This document shows positions 11,179 through 20,143 of a stretch of 64,000 nt of DNA, one piece after another (positions within the stretch are counted from its first letter, which is position 1; every line of letters begins with the position of its first letter). The DNA comes from Vulcanimicrobiales bacterium (GTDB taxonomy: Bacteria > Vulcanimicrobiota > Vulcanimicrobiia > Vulcanimicrobiales > Vulcanimicrobiaceae). Under the pieces are notes generated by a model. The model saw only the letters and a list, made by a program, of their open reading frames with translations, ran no database searches and had not been told where the DNA came from. The stretch covers positions 32,001 to 96,000 of the forward strand of contig JBBQQR010000003.1 in the NCBI GenBank assembly GCA_038215615.1, in the 5' to 3' direction. A program made the position numbers and the translations under genes.

Positions 11179-12948
11179 GTGTTGCAACGCATTTTTGCAG
11201 CCGCAGTTCGCGCGACGTGCGCGACTGTGGCGATCACGGCAGCCCTCGCCGGCCGGGCTGAAGCCGTTCCCGTCTTTGCCAATGGGCAAGGCGTCTCGTG
11301 TCAAACCTGTCACACCACGTTCCCGGGCATGACGCGCTACGGCATGATGGTGATGATGACGAATTTTCAAATTCTCGACCGTCACTCTCAAGACCAAGCG
11401 CTGCCAATCGCAGTGCGTATGTACGTGGATTCGGTGCTCGGCACGGGAGATCAAAAGGGATACACGCAGCTCGGCGATCTCTCGCTGCTGGGCGGCGGTT
11501 TTCTCGGAAGAAACTTCACGTGGTACGGCGAGCAGCACATCGTCGATTCCGGCGTTATCGGCCAAACCGAACAGGTGTGGCTTTCCTGGAACGGCTTGTT
11601 CGGCGGCACCAACTCGCTGCAGGTCGGAAAATTCCACACGCCGTTCCCGTTCATGCCGGCGCACGCGTGGACGCCTTCAGGCTACCTCCTAGCATTACAA
11701 ACCACAGGGCAGAACGATTTCAATGCCGCTGAAGCGCGCTGGGGCGTTGCCTTTTCCGGCATGAGTAACGAATTCATGTACAACGCTTCGTACCTCACCG
11801 GAAGCGGTCCGACGGGCGAAGCGCTCAACTTCAACAAGAACTCGCATCCCCGCGCATACGACTTCAACGTCTCGTATGGCGGTATGCAGATTCCGTGGGA
11901 GCTGGGATTGGTGGCGATGCGCGGCGACGCGCCGGTGGTCGATCCGGACTCCGGCGATTTTCTCTTTAGCGATCAGTGGACGCGCCAGGGAGCCTATCTC
12001 TCGTATCAAGACAGCAAGTGGCACTTTCAAACGATGTACTATCGCGGAAACGACACACAGCCGGACGTCGATACCCTGAACACCACATCGAACGGCTTCT
12101 TCTTCGAAGCGGCCCGCGATTTCGCCAAAGACCACGTGCTGGTGCGGTACGACGTCGCCTCGAGCGATTCGCTCGACCGGCAATACCTGGTGGACGTTTC
12201 ACACAACTTCCAGCCGAATCTCGCGCTGATCGGTGAAGTCCGGATGGTGCCGGCGCAAAAACCGCAGATCATGTTTAGGCTTGCGTATGCCGGACCGTGG
12301 GAAAACGGACGGCGAATTCTTTCCAACGGACACGACGTCTCCACAAACTTCACAGCGCAGCCGCAGTTGCATCCTGCGCAAACGCTCCCGGGTGCCGTGG
12401 CTTCGCCCCTTCCCGCAACGCCGGCCGGCGGCGACGCAAACAATGGGGCGCAACTCGTGCAATCCAACGGCTGCGCGGGCTGTCACGGTGCGGGCCTGAA
12501 GGGCGGGCGAATCGGACCCGTGCTGTTCGGCATCGAACACCACATGTCGAACGATCAGATCGCGGACTTTATCATACATCCGCGCGCGCCGATGCCGAAC
12601 TTCGGTTTCAACACCGCGCAAGTCTCGGACATCGTAGCGTATCTCACGTCACTCGACGGCGGCATCAACAATACTGCGCCTGTCGTCACGTTCTCGCCGG
12701 CGGCGCCGACCGATTTCGCAACGATTAGCGTGACGTTCCCGGGAACTCCGCCGGAAAGCGTCCGGGTTCTTCCGGTCATGCGCATGGGAACCAGCACGCA
12801 CCACACGGCGATGGTCGAATTGCAACCGCTGCCGTCGGATCCGCACACGTTCACCGGCCGCGTCGCATTTTCGATGGGCGGCCCCTGGATCGTACACATC
12901 CAATACGGCCGGCAGGAGTTGGACGTCCCGCTCAACATCGGGACGTAA
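11179..12948 (+). CDS. Cyc2-like cytochrome c-porin fused to a second cytochrome c and a YtkA/FixH-like domain
   Basis: Signal peptide then AVPVFANGQGVSCQTCHTTFPGMTRYG; aromatic beta-rich middle; GCAGCHG...GPVL...MPNF cyt c; C-terminal FSMGGPW. Confidence 0.75.
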   Translation: MLQRIFAAAVRATCATVAITAALAGRAEAVPVFANGQGVSCQTCHTTFPGMTRYGMMVMMTNFQILDRHSQDQALPIAVRMYVDSVLGTGDQKGYTQLGDLSLLGGGFLGRNFTWYGEQHIVDSGVIGQTEQVWLSWNGLFGGTNSLQVGKFHTPFPFMPAHAWTPSGYLLALQTTGQNDFNAAEARWGVAFSGMSNEFMYNASYLTGSGPTGEALNFNKNSHPRAYDFNVSYGGMQIPWELGLVAMRGDAPVVDPDSGDFLFSDQWTRQGAYLSYQDSKWHFQTMYYRGNDTQPDVDTLNTTSNGFFFEAARDFAKDHVLVRYDVASSDSLDRQYLVDVSHNFQPNLALIGEVRMVPAQKPQIMFRLAYAGPWENGRRILSNGHDVSTNFTAQPQLHPAQTLPGAVASPLPATPAGGDANNGAQLVQSNGCAGCHGAGLKGGRIGPVLFGIEHHMSNDQIADFIIHPRAPMPNFGFNTAQVSDIVAYLTSLDGGINNTAPVVTFSPAAPTDFATISVTFPGTPPESVRVLPVMRMGTSTHHTAMVELQPLPSDPHTFTGRVAFSMGGPWIVHIQYGRQELDVPLNIGT

Positions 12949-14363
12949 TGCGGCGGTCGTCCTTCCTGATGGCGAGCGGCGGCGCGATGATCGTCGCCGC
13001 CTTGCCGCCGCTTTCCGAACGCGGGCGTGCGAGCGAGTTGGTGCAGTACACGCTCACTGCCGGCCCCGTTCGTTTCTCGCCGGTTCCCGGCCTCAATTTT
13101 GCCGGTCTCGGCTATAACGGCACTATTCCCGGTCCGCTTTTGCGCGTGGTTCACGGGCAGAAGCTGCGCGCGAGGTTCATCAACCAAACCGGACAAGGCT
13201 CGACCATTCACTGGCACGGCATGATCTTGCCGAACAAAATGGATGGATCGGAAGGGGTGACGCAGCCCGCCGTTCCGCCGGGCGGATCGTTTCTCTACGA
13301 GTTTTCACCCGAACCGCCCGGCACGCGCTGGTATCACGATCACGTCAGCGATGGTTTGCTGCGCGGACTCTTCGGCATGATTATCGTTGAGGATCCGCGC
13401 GACCAGCGCCCCGATGCGGAATTTGTGCTCGTTTTCCACGACGTTCCGAAAATGGCCACGGTTCAACCAGCGATGATGGGAGTGGGCAACGGCCCGATGA
13501 CCGATCCAACCGGTTCGCCCGAGCTCATGCAAATGTCCGACGACAAGATGGGCGACGAGGTCGCGTTCAGCGCGCATTGCATCAACGGCGCTTCATATCC
13601 GGATACCAAACGGCTGGCCGTAAAAGTCGGCCAGCACGTGCGTCTGCGCATACTCAACGCCAACCCGACGCAAACGCGCTACGTCCGGCTTGCCGGACAC
13701 CGCCTGATCGTCACGCATAGCGACGGCAATCCGCTTCCGCGGCCCGTGGAAGTCGACGCGCTTCGCGTGGGAGTCGCAGAACGGTACGACGCATGGTTCG
13801 AAGTCAGTGAGCCCGGCGCATGGCTGCTGCAAGGCCTTTCGAGCGACCCGCTCGCGTTCGAGCAGGCCGCCGTGATGCATACTCCGGGAATGGAAAACGC
13901 TCCGCCGCTCAGCAGCCCGCAATCGCTCGAAGGCGTGGACTATTTCACGTACGTGAAAGCCGGGGGAGCGGGAACCGCGACGCCGGCGCAGCGCGGGAAA
14001 CAGTACGATTTTATTTTGGACGACGGAAAATACGGCAGTTCGCGCTGGACGATCAACGGAAAGACCTATCCGAATACGCCAAGGATCGACGTGCACCGCA
14101 ACGATCTCGTCACCGTCCGTTTCACCAATAAGACCGATATGGACCATCCGATGCACCTGCACGGCCACGTTTTCGAAGTGACCGAAGTTGACGGGATCCC
14201 GCTCGCGCGGCCCCTGCCGAAAGACACCTCGCTGGTGCGTGGGAACGGAGGGACGCTGAGCTGGCGTTTTCGTGCGGACTCTCCCCCCGGCCGCTGGCTG
14301 CTGCACTGCCACAACGCGATCCACATGATGGACGGCATGATGACGCTGGTGCAGTACGGATGA
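12948..14363 (+). CDS. Multicopper oxidase, Tat-exported
   Basis: MRRSSFL Tat motif; IHWHG, WYHDH, HPMHLHGH, HCHNAIHMMDGM. Confidence 0.95.
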   Translation: MRRSSFLMASGGAMIVAALPPLSERGRASELVQYTLTAGPVRFSPVPGLNFAGLGYNGTIPGPLLRVVHGQKLRARFINQTGQGSTIHWHGMILPNKMDGSEGVTQPAVPPGGSFLYEFSPEPPGTRWYHDHVSDGLLRGLFGMIIVEDPRDQRPDAEFVLVFHDVPKMATVQPAMMGVGNGPMTDPTGSPELMQMSDDKMGDEVAFSAHCINGASYPDTKRLAVKVGQHVRLRILNANPTQTRYVRLAGHRLIVTHSDGNPLPRPVEVDALRVGVAERYDAWFEVSEPGAWLLQGLSSDPLAFEQAAVMHTPGMENAPPLSSPQSLEGVDYFTYVKAGGAGTATPAQRGKQYDFILDDGKYGSSRWTINGKTYPNTPRIDVHRNDLVTVRFTNKTDMDHPMHLHGHVFEVTEVDGIPLARPLPKDTSLVRGNGGTLSWRFRADSPPGRWLLHCHNAIHMMDGMMTLVQYG

Positions 14364-15469
14364 TGATTCTTCAGGCGCTGGAGCTGGCTGCGGGCATGTT
14401 TTGGCAAGTCGCCTGGAGTCTGGTGCTCGGTTTCTTTCTTTCGGCCGCGATTCAAACGCTGGTCTCGAAAGAGCGCATGACCGCGCAGCTCGGCCGCAAC
14501 GGCGTGCGCGAAATCGCGCTCGCAACCGTTTACGGTGCGGCGAGCTCTTCCTGTTCGTACGCCGCCGCGGCGATGAGCAAGTCACTCTTCAAAAAGGGCG
14601 CCGGATTTATTCCCTCGCTCGCGTTTCTCTTCGCATCGACCAATCTCGTCGTCGAGCTCGGCATCATTTTGTACCTGCTGATGGGATGGCAGTTCACTGC
14701 AGCGGAGTGGATCGGGGGCGTTCTGCTGATCGCGATCATGGCGCTGATCGTCAAAGCGACGTATCCCGCGGCGTTGATCGCGGAAGCTCGCCGTCATCTA
14801 GACGAGGCCACCGGCGAGGACGAAACCGTCGCCGGTGAAACATTTTGGGACAAACTGCGTAATCCGCAGACCCCGGTCACGATTGCGCAGACATTCGTGA
14901 TGGACGTTTCCATGCTGTGGAAAGATTTGGCAGCCGGGTTCTTGATCGCCGGCGCACTTGGCATTTTCGTGCCCGCCGGCGTGTGGGGCACATTCTTTCT
15001 GCATGGCGCGCCCGCGGGAGTTCAAATCGTCGCCAACGCGATCGCCGGACCGCTGGTGGCGATCGTTTCGTTCGTCTGCTCGATCGGCAACGTTCCGATG
15101 GCGGCGATCCTATGGGGGAGCGGGATCAGTTTCGGCGGCGTCTTGAGTTTCTTGTTCGCCGATCTGATCGTGTTGCCGCTGCTCGACGTCTACCGGCGCT
15201 ATTATGGCTTGAAGATGGCCGCCTACATCGGCGCCGTCTTTTTCGTGACGATGGTCGCGGCTGGGATCATCATGCAGTACGTCTTCGCAGCGTTCGGGGC
15301 GGTCCCGCATCCCAATCCGCATATCCGCACCGAACTCTCGCTCTTTGCGATCAACTACACGTTTTGGCTGAACCTCGCACTTGGCGCCCTGGCGATCGCG
15401 CTGTGGTACGTGAACGTCAAACATCCGATGTCGCACAGCTGCCCCGCTCACGAGGGCCACGCCCACTAA
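14360..15469 (+). CDS. Permease (ArsP/DUF318-like), probable metal transporter
   Basis: SSSCSYAA, FVCSIGNVP, multiple TMs, His-rich tail HPMSHSCPAHEGHAH. Confidence 0.85.
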   Translation: MMILQALELAAGMFWQVAWSLVLGFFLSAAIQTLVSKERMTAQLGRNGVREIALATVYGAASSSCSYAAAAMSKSLFKKGAGFIPSLAFLFASTNLVVELGIILYLLMGWQFTAAEWIGGVLLIAIMALIVKATYPAALIAEARRHLDEATGEDETVAGETFWDKLRNPQTPVTIAQTFVMDVSMLWKDLAAGFLIAGALGIFVPAGVWGTFFLHGAPAGVQIVANAIAGPLVAIVSFVCSIGNVPMAAILWGSGISFGGVLSFLFADLIVLPLLDVYRRYYGLKMAAYIGAVFFVTMVAAGIIMQYVFAAFGAVPHPNPHIRTELSLFAINYTFWLNLALGALAIALWYVNVKHPMSHSCPAHEGHAH

Positions 15470-15486
15470 CGGCAAACGTAAACCGC

Positions 15487-16515
15487 ATGCACTTTCTCGG
15501 ACGCGGACGCGTCGTGGTAACTGGCGGAGCCGGATTTATCGGCAGCGCACTGGTCTGGGCGCTCAATCTGCGCGGTGTCGACGACATCCTTATCGTCGAC
15601 AGACTCGACCAATCCGAAAAGTGGAAAAATCTCGTCCCGCTGCGCTACCGGGACTACATGGACGCAAGCGATTTCGAATCCGCGCTCCTTACGCGGCCTG
15701 GCGATTTTCGGGAAGTAAGTACGCTGCTGCATTTAGGCGCTTGCTCGTCGACCACCGAAACGGACACGGCGTTTTTGATGCGCAACAACTACGAGTACAC
15801 CAAGCACCTGGCACAGTGGGCGATCGAACACGACGTCCGTTTCGTGTACGCTTCTTCCGCAGCAACCTACGGCGGACTCGAACGCAACCTGCGCGACGAC
15901 TCCGAACTCGACGCGTTGCGGCCGCTGAACATGTACGCGTATTCGAAGCATCGCTTCGATCTATTCGCACGCGACAACGGCTGGCTCGACAAAATCACGG
16001 GCCTGAAATACTTCAACGTCTTCGGACCGAACGAGCAGCACAAAGGCGAGATGCGCAGCTTGGTCGACAAGGCTTTTCACCAAATCCAAGAGACGGGCAC
16101 CATACGTCTATTCAAAAGTTACCGCAGCGAGTACCGCGACGGCGAACAGCGGCGAGACTTTCTTTACGTCAAGGACGCGGCGGAGATGACCCTGCACGTG
16201 GCCGACCGCGAAGCTTTCGGACTGTTTAACCTCGGTTCGGGGCAAGCGCACACGTGGCTCGATCTGGTGCGCCCGATTTTCCGTTCACTTCGCGTGCCCG
16301 AGCGCATCGAGTTCGTCGACATGCCGGCCCAGCTGCGCGACAAGTACCAATACTGCACGTGCGCCACGATCGACCGGCTGCGTGCCGCCGGCTACGAGGG
16401 GCCCGTGACGGAACTCGATTGCGCCGTTGACGACTACGTTTCCAATTACTTGCTGCCCGGCCGCGGCCTCGACCCGCAGGCCGAATCGTCCGCCGCACTT
16501 AATCGCAGCGCATGA
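15487..16515 (+). CDS. hldD: ADP-L-glycero-D-manno-heptose 6-epimerase
   Basis: VTGGAGFIGS, HLGACSSTTE, YASSAATYG, PLNMYAYSK, YFNVFGPNEQHKG. Confidence 0.93.
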   Translation: MHFLGRGRVVVTGGAGFIGSALVWALNLRGVDDILIVDRLDQSEKWKNLVPLRYRDYMDASDFESALLTRPGDFREVSTLLHLGACSSTTETDTAFLMRNNYEYTKHLAQWAIEHDVRFVYASSAATYGGLERNLRDDSELDALRPLNMYAYSKHRFDLFARDNGWLDKITGLKYFNVFGPNEQHKGEMRSLVDKAFHQIQETGTIRLFKSYRSEYRDGEQRRDFLYVKDAAEMTLHVADREAFGLFNLGSGQAHTWLDLVRPIFRSLRVPERIEFVDMPAQLRDKYQYCTCATIDRLRAAGYEGPVTELDCAVDDYVSNYLLPGRGLDPQAESSAALNRSA

Positions 16516-17270
16516 GTTCTCGCGCAGATCGCCGCCGTCACCAGCGTGGCGGCTCGGGGCCGCCGGCGCGCCGCGATCCCATGGTCCCGGTGTACATTGG
16601 CCTCGCCGTCTTCATCGTTCTGGTATTCGTGGGCTTCGGCATCATGTCGGCCTTGCAAAATTCAAAGCGCAACGCCCAGCAAAGTTTCGTGACAGCAACT
16701 CCGACGCCGGGACCCAACGCAAGTTCCAAGCCGATCAAGCTCAAAGATGGCGGAGCCGTCGGCGCGCGAGTCTTTCCCACGCCCGACCCCGCGCATGGGT
16801 TCATCGGCGACACCATCGTGGGCGGCCGTAGCCTGCCCGTCGACAACATTCCATGCCAAAGTTCAGAGGCAGCCGTCCTGCACGTGCACACGCACCTCGC
16901 TGTCTTCAATCACGGCGTTCAAGTGCAAGTGGCCCCGTATCTGGGCATGGCGTCGCTCTCGCCAACGCAGGGCTGTCTGTATTGGATCCACACGCACGAT
17001 CCGAGCGGCATCATTCACATCGAAGCGGGCAGCATCGTTTCGCCCAACGGCGGAAACTACACGCTCGGAAACTTCTTCGACATCTGGGGCCAGCCGCTGA
17101 GCCGCACACAACTCGGCCCGTTCAAAGGCCCGGTCACGGCTTTCGTCAACGGATCGCAGTACAACGGCGACCTCGCATCGATTCCGCTCCGCGCCCACCA
17201 ACAGATCGTTTTAGAGGCCGGATCGCCGATCGTGCCTCCGCCGAATTACACGTTCCCCTTCGGGGACTAA
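16512..17270 (+). CDS. Membrane-anchored hypothetical protein with HxH motifs
   Basis: Single TM; HVHTHL, CLYWIHTHDPSGIIHIE, TLGNFFDIWGQ. Confidence 0.8.
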   Translation: MSSRADRRRHQRGGSGPPARRDPMVPVYIGLAVFIVLVFVGFGIMSALQNSKRNAQQSFVTATPTPGPNASSKPIKLKDGGAVGARVFPTPDPAHGFIGDTIVGGRSLPVDNIPCQSSEAAVLHVHTHLAVFNHGVQVQVAPYLGMASLSPTQGCLYWIHTHDPSGIIHIEAGSIVSPNGGNYTLGNFFDIWGQPLSRTQLGPFKGPVTAFVNGSQYNGDLASIPLRAHQQIVLEAGSPIVPPPNYTFPFGD

Positions 17271-17392
17271 GAGGGCACCATCCGCCATTCCCGCAAAATT
17301 TGCGACTTTTTAGAACTCGACAGGATGTCGACTTCAAAACTTTGTTTTCTCGAAAAAGCGCCTAAGTAGCAAAATTACACGGAGGTAATTTT

Positions 17393-18340
17393 GTGAACGT
17401 TTTTGTGGGAATGGTGGTTGGCGCACTCTTAACCATCATTCCGGTGCACGGTACCGTCCTTACGGTTACTTCGACGAACACCGCGATTGTAAGGACCGAA
17501 GCCGTGACCGGGATGCTGCCGTCGACGACACGTGCGTACCGGATCGAACCGCAGCTCGTTCTGAGCGCCGGCGCCGGCATCGACGGGTTCGTCGATAATC
17601 GGCCGCGCCCGTGGCGCCTGTACGATGCCGCATTGGCCGGCCCGTTTGTCGCCGGCCTCCCGCAGACCGGAAAAGTTATCGCATTCGATATCGGCTCGAA
17701 GCTGCCGCACACGCAGCTGGTCGATCAGCGCGGTAAGTTGGTTGACCTGGCGGCGTTCCACGGCGTATCGCTGACCAGTTTTATTTTCACGCGCTGCCGA
17801 GACGAGTGCCCACTCGTCGCGGCAAAATTTGTGGAGATGCAGAAGCAGCTCGATACGAGCCGGTTCCATCTCTTCTTGATCACCATAGATCCCATGTACG
17901 ATTCGCCGTTGGTGCTTGCGCGCTATGCGCGCCAATTCCGCATGAACCCGGCTTCGATCTCCGTGCTGACCGGGCAGCCGCACGATATCGCGACCTTACT
18001 CGACCAATTCGGCATCACGTCGCTCCAAAATGGCGATGCCACCTTCATTCATAGCGACAAAGTGTACTTGGCGTCACCGGACGGACGCGTCGCGCAGATC
18101 TTACAGACGACCGGTTTCACGCCGGGTTCGCTCGCGGCTGCGGCCCGGCATCTGGCAGGCATGGCGAGCAGCCCGTTCGGACGCTTTCAATTGTGGCTGG
18201 TCGCCGGGGTCACTGCTCTCTGCGGCGGAAACCAGTTTGCCGGAATCGTCGCGCTCGAGACCGTCTTGTTTTTGATTATCGCCGGAATCTCGTTCGTGAC
18301 GCTTGGGTGGGTGGTCCGAAGGATATGGGGGAGTACGTAA
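17393..18340 (+). CDS. SCO1/SenC family copper chaperone with N-terminal extra domain and C-terminal TM
   Basis: FIFTRCRDECP (CxxxC), ITIDPMYD, IHSD; GGAGG SD. Confidence 0.88.
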   Translation: MNVFVGMVVGALLTIIPVHGTVLTVTSTNTAIVRTEAVTGMLPSTTRAYRIEPQLVLSAGAGIDGFVDNRPRPWRLYDAALAGPFVAGLPQTGKVIAFDIGSKLPHTQLVDQRGKLVDLAAFHGVSLTSFIFTRCRDECPLVAAKFVEMQKQLDTSRFHLFLITIDPMYDSPLVLARYARQFRMNPASISVLTGQPHDIATLLDQFGITSLQNGDATFIHSDKVYLASPDGRVAQILQTTGFTPGSLAAAARHLAGMASSPFGRFQLWLVAGVTALCGGNQFAGIVALETVLFLIIAGISFVTLGWVVRRIWGST

Positions 18341-18572
18341 AAGCGCCGCTCACTGCGCGCACGCCTAACATTCCCCAGGCCAACATCGCCCCAACCACAA
18401 GCAACATGAGCGACATATTCGCAACCAACAGCTGCAGGAGCAACGAAACGTCGGTCGCGCGCTGCGCGAGCGCCAGATAGGTGTCGCGCAACAGAGGTAC
18501 GCCGCCAAGGACGATCGTCACGTCGGCGGCCAGAACCACCACCAACAAGAAGCGCGCGCGGATATTTTTCAC
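18276..18572 (-). CDS. Small membrane hypothetical protein
   Basis: GTGA overlap with upstream stop; two hydrophobic segments. Confidence 0.55.
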   Translation of the reverse strand: MKNIRARFLLVVVLAADVTIVLGGVPLLRDTYLALAQRATDVSLLLQLLVANMSLMLLVVGAMLAWGMLGVRAVSGAFTYSPISFGPPTQASRTRFRR

Positions 18573-19450
18573 TGCGACAGCATCGTTACGGCATGCCCAA
18601 GGGCGACAGCCGTTTCGTCGGGCGTTCCCAGAATCAGCCGGAAACAATGCACGCGGCGCAGCAATGCTATCGCGCGCGTGACGCGATCCATCAAATCGCC
18701 GCGCGCGTCAAACCAGCGCGTTATCGCGGGGAGCGCCTCGGCAGCGTCGATGTGCTCGAGCGTAGCCGAACCGCCCGAGCCGGCAATCACAAAGAGCGCG
18801 CCAATCGGGCGCGGTTGCGCCACGGCTTCGGATCCGAAACACATCTTCAGCGAAAGCTCGGGCGGATCGAGCGCGGCGTCCCGGTCGGCCAGCAGCAGCC
18901 GCGCGCCGGCGGCGCGCACCGACGAGCGGCGCAAGAACGGATGCACGGTGGTCCCGCGGATCAGCGCGCGTTCGTCGGAATAGACGTGCATTCCGCGACG
19001 CACGCACGCGAGCATCGCGCTCGTCTTTGCAGAGTTGGAATTTCCGGCGATCGCAATCGCCATGCCTTGGTATTCCAGGGCGGCGGCATGGATCGACGCA
19101 ATCTCCGAGTCGTATCGGATGACCGCCGAGACAATGACGGCGTCGGCTAGAAAGACGACCGCCTCGGCGGGCAGCGGCCCCTGTGTCCAGCGCCACGACG
19201 GCGCGTGGTCGGACCAGAACGCGTATCCCGCACGCGCGGTCGAGACGTAATACCGGAAGTCGGGTTCGCGCTGCGCGGCGTGATCGGCGTAACGCAATCC
19301 GAAGAGACGCGCGACTTCAGCGATGTCGGTGCGTAATTCCATAACGACGCCGGCGATTTCACAGCGCGCTGAATGAATGCAGCGGCGCGAAAGCTCCGCG
19401 TGCGATGCGTCGCCCGAACGGGTGAGCTGTTCGGCCCGAATCACTCGCAT
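18569..19450 (-). CDS. HPr kinase-related P-loop protein
   Basis: IHAAALEYQGMAIAIAGNSNSAKTS and VYSDE motifs. Confidence 0.7.
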   Translation of the reverse strand: MRVIRAEQLTRSGDASHAELSRRCIHSARCEIAGVVMELRTDIAEVARLFGLRYADHAAQREPDFRYYVSTARAGYAFWSDHAPSWRWTQGPLPAEAVVFLADAVIVSAVIRYDSEIASIHAAALEYQGMAIAIAGNSNSAKTSAMLACVRRGMHVYSDERALIRGTTVHPFLRRSSVRAAGARLLLADRDAALDPPELSLKMCFGSEAVAQPRPIGALFVIAGSGGSATLEHIDAAEALPAITRWFDARGDLMDRVTRAIALLRRVHCFRLILGTPDETAVALGHAVTMLSQ

Positions 19451-19570
19451 CGTTTTTCTCGCGCCATAGCATCTAACAATGTACCCAGTGCGAAAGGGGC
19501 CGGCGCGGACAAGCGGTAGCCTGCCGCCGCCGCACAGGGCATGGAGCAAGCGTACGGGTAAGACGAGGCG

Positions 19571-20143
19571 ATGGGAGTCCCGAGAAAGCCGGTTGCGCCG
19601 CCCACCCCGGAACAGTCGGCCTTTCTCGAGCGGGCGATCGAGCAATATGGCAAGGCGACCTATAACTTCGCCTACCGGCTGACCCATAACGAGGCGGATG
19701 CCCGCGATTTGACTCAGGAGGCCTTTATCCGGGTCTACCGGGCTTGGCGGTCATTCCAGCCCGGGACTTCGTTTCTATCGTGGATTTACCGGATCGTCAC
19801 GAATCTTCACCGGGACGAACTTCGCCGCCGAAAGGGACGTTATCAGGAAGAGATTCCCGAGGACAACGCTCCTCAGGAATTCGCGGGGGAACGCCCCCTG
19901 GCCGTGTCGCCCATCGAGGACTACGTCGAAGGCCAGCTGAGCGAACCGCTTGCGCGGTCGCTCGAGCAGCTCTCGGGGGACCAGCGCCAGGTGATCGTGC
20001 TCGCGGATATCGAGGAGTACAGCTATCAGGAAATCGCCGAAATCATGGGATGCTCGATAGGAACGGTCCGTTCGAGACTCCACCGTGCCCGGGCGCTACT
20101 TCGCAGACTCGTGCAGAGACAAATGGAGCAACAAAAATCATGA
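19571..20143 (+). CDS. ECF sigma-70 factor (RpoE/SigW-like)
   Basis: DARDLTQEAFIRVY, SFLSWIYRIVTN, YSYQEIAEIMGCSIGTVRSRLHRAR. Confidence 0.96.
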   Translation: MGVPRKPVAPPTPEQSAFLERAIEQYGKATYNFAYRLTHNEADARDLTQEAFIRVYRAWRSFQPGTSFLSWIYRIVTNLHRDELRRRKGRYQEEIPEDNAPQEFAGERPLAVSPIEDYVEGQLSEPLARSLEQLSGDQRQVIVLADIEEYSYQEIAEIMGCSIGTVRSRLHRARALLRRLVQRQMEQQKS

